Part shown: positions 9,063 to 17,268 of the stretch, piece after piece
Position numbering within the stretch: the first letter of the stretch is position 1
Layout: the number at the start of each line of letters is the position of its first letter
From: Candidatus Deferrimicrobium sp.
Lineage (GTDB): Bacteria > Desulfobacterota > Deferrimicrobia > Deferrimicrobiales > Deferrimicrobiaceae
Length of the DNA: 64,000 bases
Reading direction: 5' to 3'
NCBI RefSeq assembly: GCF_036396855.1
Contig: NZ_DASWKA010000030.1
Location: 12,103 to 76,102, forward strand
Notes under the pieces: model-generated
Databases searched by the model: none
What the model was told of the DNA's origin: nothing
What the model saw: only the letters and a program-made list of their open reading frames with translations
Program-made: the position numbers and the translations under genes

Positions 9063-9473
9063 TCACTTCGGCACGGTCGGGTACCCGGCCTGGACCCAGG
9101 CGTCCCATCCCCCCTTCAGCACGGAGACCTTCGTAAACCCTTTCTCGATCAGCCGGAGCGCCACACCGGCGCTCGTTTGCTCGTTGCTTCAGGCGCAATA
9201 CAGGATCATGGGCTTGTTCTTGGAGTACCGCTTCTCCCATCCCCCCACGTCGTTCGGCTCTTCCCGCACCGCCCCGGCGATCTTGCGTTCGCTCCCTGTC
9301 CAATCCCTCCCGCTCCGGACATCCACAATGACGATTTCCGGGTTGCCCAAACGCTGCTTGAGTTCCTCCTTCGTGATCCGGGGAGGCTCCGCCGCTGAAA
9401 CTTCCCAGGAAACCGGTAAGGATGCCAACAGGAGGAACATCGCTCCGTAAGCGGCAATCCTTCTCTTTTTCAT
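9063..9473 (-). CDS. Periplasmic single-domain rhodanese, probable selenoprotein (in-frame UGA at 9191-9189)
   Basis: ATG at 9473 with a GGGAGGAG RBS, and signal peptide MKKRRIAAYGAMFLLLASLPVSWEVSAA. The rhodanese fold reads ...IVIVDVRSGRDW...KPMILYCA-[TGA]-SNEQTSAGVALRLIEKGFTKVSVLKGGWDAWVQAGYPTVPK*. The frame stays open for 41 more codons after the TGA and completes the domain. Confidence 0.7.
9156..9174 (-). promoter_or_regulatory. SECIS-like hairpin
   Basis: On the mRNA strand the hairpin is GAGCGCC-GGUGU-GGCGCUC (7-bp stem, G-rich apical loop). It starts 14 nt after the UGA. Confidence 0.6.
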
Positions 9474-9625
9474 ATCTCCTCCCTCGTGACTCCCGCGCGT
9501 CCCCAAAAATACTATTTTCGCAGAAAACGGATCACGGTTTTCCTGGATACGGAGAATATATGACTCCGATCCCCGCGCTTGGAATCATGGAGGACGTGCG
9601 AAACGTTATAGGTGTTTCCTGTATC

Positions 9626-9640
9626 CTATATACTATATAG
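9626..9640. promoter_or_regulatory. Perfect 7-1-7 palindrome CTATATA-C-TATATAG in a divergent promoter region
   Basis: It lies in the AT-rich 210-bp spacer between the rhodanese (-) and carbonic anhydrase (+) genes. Candidate operator. Confidence 0.4.
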
Positions 9641-9715
9641 ACTATATTCTAGCCGCGTCAGGCCATGGCGGGACCGGGGCCATGAATCTCACTGCCGGCT
9701 GCGTAAGGAGCGGCT

Positions 9716-10375
9716 ATGACGAAATCGACCACGGATCGGTATCTGGAAAACAACAAGCAGTATGCGGGCGGGCAGACGATACACAAGCCCTCTTACCCTG
9801 GAAAGCTGCCGATTCACCCGGCCAGGCGCGTGTCGGTCGTGGCCTGTATGGATGCGCGGCTTGACGTCGAGGACCTGCTCGGCCTGCAGACCGGCGACGC
9901 GCACATCATCCGCAACGCCGGTGGCGTGGTGAGCGACGATACGATTCGCTGCCTCATCGTCTCGCATCATCTGCTGGACACAAATGAGATCCTCCTGATT
10001 CACCATACCCGCTGCGGCATGCTCGCCTTCACGGATGATTTGCTCAAAGCCGGCCTGGAGGGAGACCCGGCGGCCGGGAAACTGCTTGCTCAGGCGACGG
10101 GGCGCGCTTTCACGAGCTGCAAGAAATCCGCGGCGATGCCGTCCGCGTTCCACGCCTTCCGCGGCCAGATCGAACCGCTCGATGCTCCGCGCGACGCGAA
10201 GCAAACGGAACGCCTCGAGTGGGACGTGCGGCGGGGGATGTCTTCGATCCTGAACCATCCGTGGATCCCGACCGGCGGGCCGGACGCGGTCACTGTGCGC
10301 GGATTCATCTACGACGTGGATACCGGGAAGCTGGAGGAAGTGGGCTATCCGGGGCCCATGGGATCGATCCGATAA
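9716..10375 (+). CDS. Beta-class carbonic anhydrase family protein
   Basis: 219-aa ORF with an AAGGAG RBS. Zn-ligand motifs are VVACMDARL and HHTRCGM. The C-terminal [14 protein letters not shown] is typical of the small beta-CA clade. Confidence 0.85.
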   Translation: MTKSTTDRYLENNKQYAGGQTIHKPSYPGKLPIHPARRVSVVACMDARLDVEDLLGLQTGDAHIIRNAGGVVSDDTIRCLIVSHHLLDTNEILLIHHTRCGMLAFTDDLLKAGLEGDPAAGKLLAQATGRAFTSCKKSAAMPSAFHAFRGQIEPLDAPRDAKQTERLEWDVRRGMSSILNHPWIPTGGPDAVTVRGFIYDVDTGKLEEVGYPGPMGSIR

Positions 10376-10389
10376 CGGCGGTCCCAGTG

Positions 10390-10524
10390 CCCCCGAAGGG
10401 GGTACCCCAGGGAGCGCGTTATATCCGGGAGTGGGGCGGGGGAACCCCGCTCTATGAACGGCAGGTAATATGCGTGGCGGTCCCAGCGGGGTTCGAACCC
10501 GCGTTTTCGCCTGGGAGGGCGCCG
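10390..10524. repeat. Repeat copy A: 85-bp R element plus a 3' fragment of tRNA-Glu
   Basis: 10475-10511 is identical to the 3' 37 nt of the tRNA-Glu gene at 21755-21791, with degenerate similarity to about 10524. 10390-10474 is homologous to 15465-15552. Confidence 0.8.
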
Positions 10525-10542
10525 ACGTACGATTACGGGAAT

Positions 10543-10588
10543 TTGAATAAAGTACGCAAGTTATAGCACCATCCTACCGATATTGAAT
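10543..10588 (+). promoter_or_regulatory. Conserved upstream element L2 (copy of L1)
   Basis: TTGAAT-AAAGTACGCAAGTT-N14-CCGATATTGAAT, with the same 46-bp geometry as 6950-6995. Confidence 0.5.
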
Positions 10589-10619
10589 GGGAAGCTTATC
10601 CCATGACGGGAGGAACCCG

Positions 10620-10766
10620 ATGGCCCGAAAGGCAGACCGGCACGTCCCCGGCGGACCCCGCGCTTCCATGGAGGAGCTGGAACGGCCCCGCTCCGTCGTT
10701 CCGAAACCTTGCAGCCTGAAGCAATCGGGCGGGACCATCAGCGCTGTTCTCTCGGCGCCGCTTTGA
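10620..10766 (+). pseudogene. Collapsed relic of a paralog of the 7028..8938 histidine kinase (48 codons, still in frame)
   Basis: The relic reads MARKADRHVPGGPRASMEELERPRSV|VPKPCSLKQSGGTISAVLSAPL*. The kinase at 7028..8938 has N-terminus MDRTADKRAFRSPGASKEERKRLRAV and C-terminus VVPKPYSLKQLGGAISEVLSAPQ*. DNA similarity is visible on both sides, and the relic is preceded by the L2 leader. Confidence 0.6.
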
Positions 10767-10787
10767 TGCCCCGGGTGAATTGATCGG

Positions 10788-12785
10788 ATGGCCCACCAGC
10801 ACGTCGTCAGCGACTACATGGAGCACGGCGCCTGCTTTTCCTGGGAACCGGGACTTGTAGCGCTCCACGTCATCTCCGACATCGTAACCGGCATCGCGTA
10901 CTTTTCCATCCCCGCCGCACTGTTCTACTTCGCTTACAAGCGGCGGGACCTTCCCTTCCACGGCGTAATTCTCCTCTTCGGGATTTTCATCCTGGCGTGC
11001 GGGACCTCCCATTTCCTGGCGGCCTATACGGTATATGTCGCCGACTACTGGATCGAAGGGGGGGTGAAGGCGTTTACGGCGTTGATCTCGGCGGTGGCCG
11101 CCTTTTACATGATCCCCCTGATCCCCGATGCCATCGCGATGCCCAGTTTGACGAAGTCATTGAAACAGAACAAGGAGCTGAACGCGCAACTGGAAAGAAA
11201 ATTGGACGAACTGAACGGGAAAACCCGGGAACTCATGGAAACCAACCGTGAACTGAACCTCAGCGAAAGCCGTTTCCGAGTGCTGGTCGAGCATGCCCCG
11301 GACGCCATCGTCGTGTACGACGCAACGCAGAACAGGTTCGTGGACGCCAATGCCAATGCGGATCGTCTTTTCGGATGCAGTCGCGAGGAGCTCCTGGCAT
11401 CCGGACCGCCGCGGTTTTACGCATCGGCGCAGCCGGATGGGTTTCCCCCCGCTGAGAGCATGGAGAAGATGATCGAACGGGCCCTGGCCGGAGAAACATT
11501 GCTGTTCGAGCGAGCGGTGCACAACGCGGAAGGGAAGGATCTTCTTTGCGAGGTGCGGCTGGCACGATTGCCTTTTACGGATCGCAACCTGATGCGCGGC
11601 AGCTTCATCGACATCACCGAACGGAAGAAACTGGAGGAACGGTTGCGCCAGTCGCAGAAGATGGAGTCGGTCGGAAGGCTTGCGGGGGGCATCGCCCACG
11701 ACTTCAATAACCTCCTGACGGTGATCACCGGGTACAGCGAGCTCATGCTGAGCCAGCTTGAAGAGAGGTCGCCGCTGGTCAAGGAAGTGGAGGAAATCAA
11801 GCGGGCCGGCGAGCGGGCATCGTCGCTTACGCAGCAACTTCTTGCGTTCAGCCGACGCCAGGTGCTGCAGCCGAGGGTGATCGACCTGAACGAGGTGGTC
11901 TCCCGCGTGGAGAAAATGCTCCGCCGGTTGATCGGGGAGGACGTGGAGCTCCGGACGGTCCCGGGTGCGGGGCTGTGGAGCGTAAAGGCCGACCCGGGTC
12001 AGATCGAGCAGGTCCTGGTCAACCTCGTGGTGAACGCAAGGGATGCGATGCCCGGCGGCGGGGTGCTCACCATCGAGACGGGCAACGTGTTTCTCGACGA
12101 GGAATATTCCCTCGGGCATCTCCCCGCGCAGTCCGGCCATTACGTCATGCTCGCCGTCAGCGACACGGGAGTGGGGATGGACGAGAGGACGAAGTCGCAG
12201 GTCTTCGAGCCCTTCTTTACGACGAAGGAATCGGGGAAGGGGACGGGGCTCGGGCTCTCCACCGTATACGGAATCGTCAAGCAGAGCGGGGGCTACATCT
12301 GGGTGTACAGCGAGCCCGGCAAGGGATCGACGTTCAAGGTCTACATTCCGCGCACGGAGGAGCGGGAGGATGGTCCACGCAAGGCGGTCCCGCCTGTCGA
12401 GGATCTTCGCGGGGAGAAAACCGTTCTCATTGTCGAAGACGAGGAATCGATTCTGAAATTGTCCTGCGCCGTTCTCGGTGGATACGGGTACGCGGTTCTT
12501 GCGGCGCGCGGCGGGGAGGATGGCCTTCGGATCGCCGGGAAGCACGAGGGGGAGATCAGCCTGCTCCTGACCGATGTGGTCATGCCCGGGATGGGGGGAA
12601 GGGAGTTGTACGAGCGGATTCTGCAGCAGCGACCGAAGATCAAGGTCCTTTACATGTCCGGCTATACGGACAAAGCGATCGTTCGCCGGGGTGTGCTGGA
12701 TCCGGGGACGTCTTTCCTGCAGAAGCCTTTCTCGCCGATTTCCCTGGCCCGGAAAGTGAAGGAGGTCCTTGAACCCCGGGCGTAA
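10788..12785 (+). CDS. Hybrid histidine kinase with N-terminal ethylene-binding-domain-like membrane module (EBD-PAS-HisKA-HATPase-REC)
   Basis: 665-aa ORF. Residues 27-120 align without gaps to Arabidopsis ETR1 helices 1-3 (ISD, IAYFSIP, FG.FI..CG..H, IP). After that come a coiled coil, a PAS domain, the H-box GGIAHDFNNLL, an ATPase domain and a receiver. Confidence 0.9.
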   Translation: MAHQHVVSDYMEHGACFSWEPGLVALHVISDIVTGIAYFSIPAALFYFAYKRRDLPFHGVILLFGIFILACGTSHFLAAYTVYVADYWIEGGVKAFTALISAVAAFYMIPLIPDAIAMPSLTKSLKQNKELNAQLERKLDELNGKTRELMETNRELNLSESRFRVLVEHAPDAIVVYDATQNRFVDANANADRLFGCSREELLASGPPRFYASAQPDGFPPAESMEKMIERALAGETLLFERAVHNAEGKDLLCEVRLARLPFTDRNLMRGSFIDITERKKLEERLRQSQKMESVGRLAGGIAHDFNNLLTVITGYSELMLSQLEERSPLVKEVEEIKRAGERASSLTQQLLAFSRRQVLQPRVIDLNEVVSRVEKMLRRLIGEDVELRTVPGAGLWSVKADPGQIEQVLVNLVVNARDAMPGGGVLTIETGNVFLDEEYSLGHLPAQSGHYVMLAVSDTGVGMDERTKSQVFEPFFTTKESGKGTGLGLSTVYGIVKQSGGYIWVYSEPGKGSTFKVYIPRTEEREDGPRKAVPPVEDLRGEKTVLIVEDEESILKLSCAVLGGYGYAVLAARGGEDGLRIAGKHEGEISLLLTDVVMPGMGGRELYERILQQRPKIKVLYMSGYTDKAIVRRGVLDPGTSFLQKPFSPISLARKVKEVLEPRA

Positions 12786-13032
12786 GAACGTCACCGGATC
12801 CCGGCAGCCCGTCGGCCGCGGGAAGTGGTAATTTCTGTTGTTATCCCGTGATTGCGAATACAATGAAGCACTGGTGACAGGTATTGTTGGGTGAGAGGAG
12901 AAGGATCTGACTCTGCCCGCGGCAAATCGTACCTTCCGTCCCCTCCCCGACGCATACAGCAAGCTCGCATCCCTCTTTGGAGCGGCCACCGCAGCGCTCG
13001 GGATCCTTGGTTTATCGGGCTGGATCCTCGGG

Positions 13033-15396
13033 ATGCCCCTGCTCGCGGGCATCCGATCCGCTTATATCCCGATGGCTCCCATCACCTCGATCGCCCTGGC
13101 TTGCCTCGGGGGGCTGCTCCTCGTTATCTCGGTGGGCCCCTCGCAAGGTTTGGTGGGCATGCTCGCAGTCGTGATTTCCGCGCTCATTTCGGCATACGGG
13201 CTGATCGAGCTCGTGGAAGCCCTGGGAATCCCCTTACTCTCCCTGGAAGAACGGCTGTTTCCCCATCCTCCGATGGTGGGTGCGATCCCCACCGGCCGCA
13301 TGTCACCGACAACGGCGGGTCTCCTGCTCCTCGCGGGAGCGGTTGTCCCGTTGCACTCTCTCCGCGAGCGGGGAGGGGAGCGCCGGAAGCTTCTCGGAGA
13401 CCTGGCCGGGTGTCTGGGGATTCTCGTGGCGATGGGCGGGATGGTGGTCGTCCTGAGCTATCTGCACGGGACCCCTCTTCTGTATGGCACCCTGACGATT
13501 CCGATGGCGGCTACGACCGCGCTCGCGTTCCTGTTGCTGGGAACGGGGCAGCTCCTCGCGATGGGACCGGACGGGTTCCCGTCGAGGCTGTTCTCGGGGC
13601 ATTCGGTCCGGGCCAGGCTTCTCCGGGCGTTCGTCTCGACCACGGTCGGTGTCGTGGTGGCGATCGACCTGTTGCACGTCTATGCCCGTGGAGTTTTCTT
13701 CGAAGACAACGCAATCCTGTCCGGTGTTTCCGCCACGGCCGTCGCCGTGATAACGGGTGCGCTGATCGCAAGAGTGGCCTTGAAGGTCGGCGACGACATG
13801 GACCGTTCCGAAGAAATCCGCAGGGAGGCGGAGGACAAACTTCGCGAGAGCGAGGATCGGTATCGGGACCTTGTGGAGCACAGCCAGGACCTCATCTGTA
13901 CGCACGATCTGGAGGGTCGCATCCTCTCCGCGAATCCGTGGGCTGCAACGATCCTGGACTACGCCCCGGAGGAGTTGTTGCGAATGAATTTCCGCGAACT
14001 TCTCGTGCCGGAAGTTCGTCATGAGTTCGAAAGATACCTGGAAAAGATCAGGATGCATGGCACCGCGCGGGGCCTGATGCGGGTTCAGACGCGCAATGGC
14101 GACCGGCGCCTCTGGGAATACAAGAACACCTTGCGTACGGAAGGATTGGCGGAACCGATCGTCCGCGGGATGGCGCATGACGTCACCGAGAGCAAGCGGG
14201 CGGAGGCGGAAAAGCGGAACCTGGAAGAGCAGGTCCGGCGGACGCAGAAGCTGGAGAGCCTGGGCGTGCTGGCCGGCGGGATCGCGCACGACTTCAACAA
14301 CATCCTGATGGCCGTGCTGGGGCACGCCGAGCTGGCCCTCGCCGAAATATCCCCGATGTCCCCCGCCCGCCGGAACATCACCGAGATCGCGACCGCGGCG
14401 CGCCGTGCCTCCGAACTGTGTCGGCAGATGCTGGCGTACGCCGGCAAGACGTCCATCGCGTTGGAGCGGGTGGTGCTGCGGGATCTGGTCGAGGAGATGG
14501 CGCACCTGCTCAAGACCGCGATCTCGAAGAAGGCGATCCTTAACCTGAACCTGGAGCGGGGCCTTCCGCCGATCGAGGCGGATCCGAGCCAGATCCGGCA
14601 GATCGTAATGAACCTGATCATCAACGCCTCGGAAGCGATCGGGGACCGGAGCGGGGTGGTCACCGTATCGGTGGGCGCGACGCGTTGCGACGAGGAGTAC
14701 CTGAGCAGGACGGAACTTCGGGAGACGCTGGCGCCCGGGCTGTACCTCCACCTGGAGGTGGCGGATACCGGCTGCGGGATAGGCGAGGAGACGCGATTGC
14801 GAATCTTCGAGCCGTTCTTCTCCACCAAGTTCACGGGGCGGGGACTGGGACTGGCCGCCGTCCTGGGGATCGTCCGGGCGCACAAGGGGGCGCTGAAGGT
14901 GTACAGCGAACCCGGGAAGGGTACGACGTTCAAGATCCTCTTCCCGGCGACGGAAGGACCGGTGGAGGGAGCACGGACCATCGAGCCCGCCCCGCTGGCC
15001 GACTGGCGGGGGAAGGGGACGATCCTGCTGGTGGACGACGAGGAGAGCCTGGTCGCCCTGGGGGCGCGGATGTTGGAGCACCTGGGCTTCACCGTACTGC
15101 TGGCGTCGGACGGCCTGCAGGCGGTGGAGCTGTACCGGGAACGGGGGAAGGAGATCGACATGGTGCTGATGGACCTGACGATGCCGCACATGGACGGCGC
15201 GGAAGCATTCGGGGAGCTGCGCCGGCTGAACCCCGCCGTCCTGGTGGTCCTCGCCAGCGGGTACAGCCACGAAGACGTGGCGTCCCGCTTCGCGGGGAAG
15301 GGTCTCAACGGGGTGTTGCAGAAGCCGTATTCCCTTCTCAAGCTCCGGGAATCGCTCGCCGGATTGTTGCCGAAACGACAGGAGGGGGATGCGTGA
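13033..15396 (+). CDS. Hybrid histidine kinase with a multi-TM N-terminal sensor (TM-PAS-HisKA-HATPase-REC)
   Basis: 787-aa ORF with several hydrophobic helices in the first ~250 aa. It has a PAS domain, the H-box GGIAHDFNNIL, an ATPase domain and a receiver (ILLVDDEES...LMDLTMPHMDG). The frame is open upstream to 12895 (see findings). Confidence 0.9.
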   Translation: MPLLAGIRSAYIPMAPITSIALACLGGLLLVISVGPSQGLVGMLAVVISALISAYGLIELVEALGIPLLSLEERLFPHPPMVGAIPTGRMSPTTAGLLLLAGAVVPLHSLRERGGERRKLLGDLAGCLGILVAMGGMVVVLSYLHGTPLLYGTLTIPMAATTALAFLLLGTGQLLAMGPDGFPSRLFSGHSVRARLLRAFVSTTVGVVVAIDLLHVYARGVFFEDNAILSGVSATAVAVITGALIARVALKVGDDMDRSEEIRREAEDKLRESEDRYRDLVEHSQDLICTHDLEGRILSANPWAATILDYAPEELLRMNFRELLVPEVRHEFERYLEKIRMHGTARGLMRVQTRNGDRRLWEYKNTLRTEGLAEPIVRGMAHDVTESKRAEAEKRNLEEQVRRTQKLESLGVLAGGIAHDFNNILMAVLGHAELALAEISPMSPARRNITEIATAARRASELCRQMLAYAGKTSIALERVVLRDLVEEMAHLLKTAISKKAILNLNLERGLPPIEADPSQIRQIVMNLIINASEAIGDRSGVVTVSVGATRCDEEYLSRTELRETLAPGLYLHLEVADTGCGIGEETRLRIFEPFFSTKFTGRGLGLAAVLGIVRAHKGALKVYSEPGKGTTFKILFPATEGPVEGARTIEPAPLADWRGKGTILLVDDEESLVALGARMLEHLGFTVLLASDGLQAVELYRERGKEIDMVLMDLTMPHMDGAEAFGELRRLNPAVLVVLASGYSHEDVASRFAGKGLNGVLQKPYSLLKLRESLAGLLPKRQEGDA

Positions 15397-15464
15397 CGTC
15401 TCTCATGCAGGGATCCCACCGGGAAGCCGGTCCAAGAGGGCGTTGACCCTCTCCCTTTTCCTTC

Positions 15465-15600
15465 CCCCCGAAGGGGGTACCCCTGGGAGCGCGATATATC
15501 CGGGAGTGGGGCGGGGGGGAACCCCGCTATATAAACGGCAGGCGGTTATTCGTGGCGGTCCCAGCGGGGTTCGAACCCGCGTTTTCGCCGTGAGAGGGCG
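15465..15600. repeat. Repeat copy B: 88-bp R element plus the 3' 48 nt of tRNA-Glu (attL-like)
   Basis: 15553-15600 is identical to 21755-21802 (tRNA-Glu from its 3' end into the anticodon loop). 15465-15552 is homologous to 10390-10474. Confidence 0.85.
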
Positions 15601-15688
15601 TTAAATAGCCCTTTCAGCATCATCCCGCATAACGTCCCATCGAAGTAGTACCCTACAGAATGTACTGAATTATAACCGTTAATAACGC

Positions 15689-16570
15689 TTGACGGTAACA
15701 CCGAACTGGGCGATCCGCACGGAATTCTCCCTCCTCCACGGCCGGGCGTTCCGAAGTCTTAAACGGATCACGACCGTGAAGGCCCTCTTTTACTTCTACG
15801 AAAAGCGCGTCGTGAAGGTGGACAAGCGGAAACGTGGCGATAAGCGATTCCAGGTCCAGCACGACGCGGAGATCAAGTTTTCCTACAAGGAAGCAGAGCA
15901 GCGGGGACTGACGCGAAAGCGGTTCGCGCAGGCGATCCGGGATCTTCATGCGGCCGGATTCATCGACATCCTCTATCGCGGCAGCGGGGCGCTGAAAGAT
16001 AGTTCCACCTATCGGTTGAGTGAACGGTGGAGGCGGTTCGATACTCCGGACTTCAAGGCCCAGGACATTCCCCTGCGTCTCCGGGAAGAACCGACGAAGA
16101 ATCTGGAACACGACGAAAAAGGAAGGTGGACCCGGGAAGAGGAAAAACCTCAAGTGGTCGAAATGCCCCTTGCTCAAGGGTCAAAACGTCCACTTGAGAT
16201 AACCGTACAAGGGTCAAACCGTCCACTTGAAAGGGGCGATTTCGACCAATCTTCAAGGGTCATAACGTCCACTGAACTAAGTACTACCAGGGGTAGCACT
16301 CGGATTCGGACTGTGAAGAAGGTTAAAAGAAAGACTCGGACCCGCGGTCACGGTTCAAAAGCTATCGCGGCCCCATTGAAAACGAAAATTCGACCCGCTG
16401 CAATTCCTACATGGCCGGATCAAAGCAAGGTACTCGACCTATGCGACAAGCTCCTCCTCGACTCCCTGGAGCGGTTCGGGGATGACGGCCGACCTCACCC
16501 CGAGATGGAGACGGCGCGGAACCTTATCAAGATCATCAACCGGGCGGTGGGAAGCGAGGCGGTGAACTGA
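15689..16570 (+). CDS. Phage/plasmid-type DNA-binding, replication-initiator-like protein
   Basis: 293-aa ORF (TTG start). The N-terminal pattern TPNWAIR...FRSL...AKALFYF...SYKEAEQRGLTRKRFAQAIRDLHAAGFI is typical of winged-helix proteins of integrative elements. The gene contains three iterons. The functional call is inference. Confidence 0.5.
   Translation: MTVTPNWAIRTEFSLLHGRAFRSLKRITTVKALFYFYEKRVVKVDKRKRGDKRFQVQHDAEIKFSYKEAEQRGLTRKRFAQAIRDLHAAGFIDILYRGSGALKDSSTYRLSERWRRFDTPDFKAQDIPLRLREEPTKNLEHDEKGRWTREEEKPQVVEMPLAQGSKRPLEITVQGSNRPLERGDFDQSSRVITSTELSTTRGSTRIRTVKKVKRKTRTRGHGSKAIAAPLKTKIRPAAIPTWPDQSKVLDLCDKLLLDSLERFGDDGRPHPEMETARNLIKIINRAVGSEAVN
16175..16275 (+). repeat. Three direct 22-23-bp iterons (CAAGGGTCAAAACGTCCACTTGA)
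   Basis: Copies at 16175-16197, 16208-16230 and 16254-16275 lie inside the rep-like ORF and encode the repeated QGSKRPLE/QGSNRPLE. Confidence 0.75.
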
Positions 16571-16788
16571 TGAGCACAAAGGAAACCAACACCATGATCA
16601 CCACGGTGGACACGATCACGATCACCGATCCTGACCCGTGCCGGGCTACCCGGTGCGATATGCAGGACAGTCCCACGTCGGCGTGTCGTAAGAGGGGCTG
16701 CGGCTTCGAGTGGAGCAAAACAGCCCGGCTCGACCGCAAGGCGAGGGAAGAGAAGGACAGGAAGGTGAGGGAGAACGTATGCCGATGA
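16570..16788 (+). CDS. Small Cys-rich hypothetical protein
   Basis: 72-aa ORF whose ATG overlaps the upstream stop by 1 nt. It has several Cys (CRATRCD...CRKRGCG). No recognisable family. Confidence 0.4.
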   Translation: MSTKETNTMITTVDTITITDPDPCRATRCDMQDSPTSACRKRGCGFEWSKTARLDRKAREEKDRKVRENVCR

Positions 16789-17126
16789 AGCCGAGGAAGC
16801 CGTGCAAGGGTCCACTCTGTCCGGGTCTGACATCAACGAAGTATTGCGACCGGCACGCCCACCTCGAACAGCAGGACAAGGCGAGATGGGATGCACGGCG
16901 CGGGAGCGCAAAGGAACGCGGGTACGGAGGATCCTGGTCAGCGGCCCGGCTGATGCACCTTCGGAATAGCCCGCTCTGCTACGACTGCGGCAGGCCCGCC
17001 ACGCTGGTCCACCATATCGTACCTATCAGCGAAGGCGGGCCGCGGCTCGACATGGACGGGCTGATGAGCTTATGCGTCGGATGCCACGGCAAGCGGCACG
17101 GCAACGATGCGAGGGCGAAGGGATGA
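16779..17126 (+). CDS. HNH endonuclease (phage packaging-associated type)
   Basis: ATG at 16779 follows GGTGAGGGAG. Motifs are CYDCGRPATLVHHIVPISEGG...LMSLCVGCHGKRH (HNH/zinc finger). It lies just upstream of the small terminase gene. Confidence 0.8.
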   Translation: MPMKPRKPCKGPLCPGLTSTKYCDRHAHLEQQDKARWDARRGSAKERGYGGSWSAARLMHLRNSPLCYDCGRPATLVHHIVPISEGGPRLDMDGLMSLCVGCHGKRHGNDARAKG

Positions 17127-17268
17127 ACCGTAACTCCTTGCTATGGAAGGAGATACCGGGGCGGCCTTCGATCATACCCAATGATGCCCCACGACCGACC
17201 GGTGAGGTGGAAACGCGTGAGACCCGCCGCGAACGAGAATTGGCAATTTCAAAAAGGAGATTTTGGCG

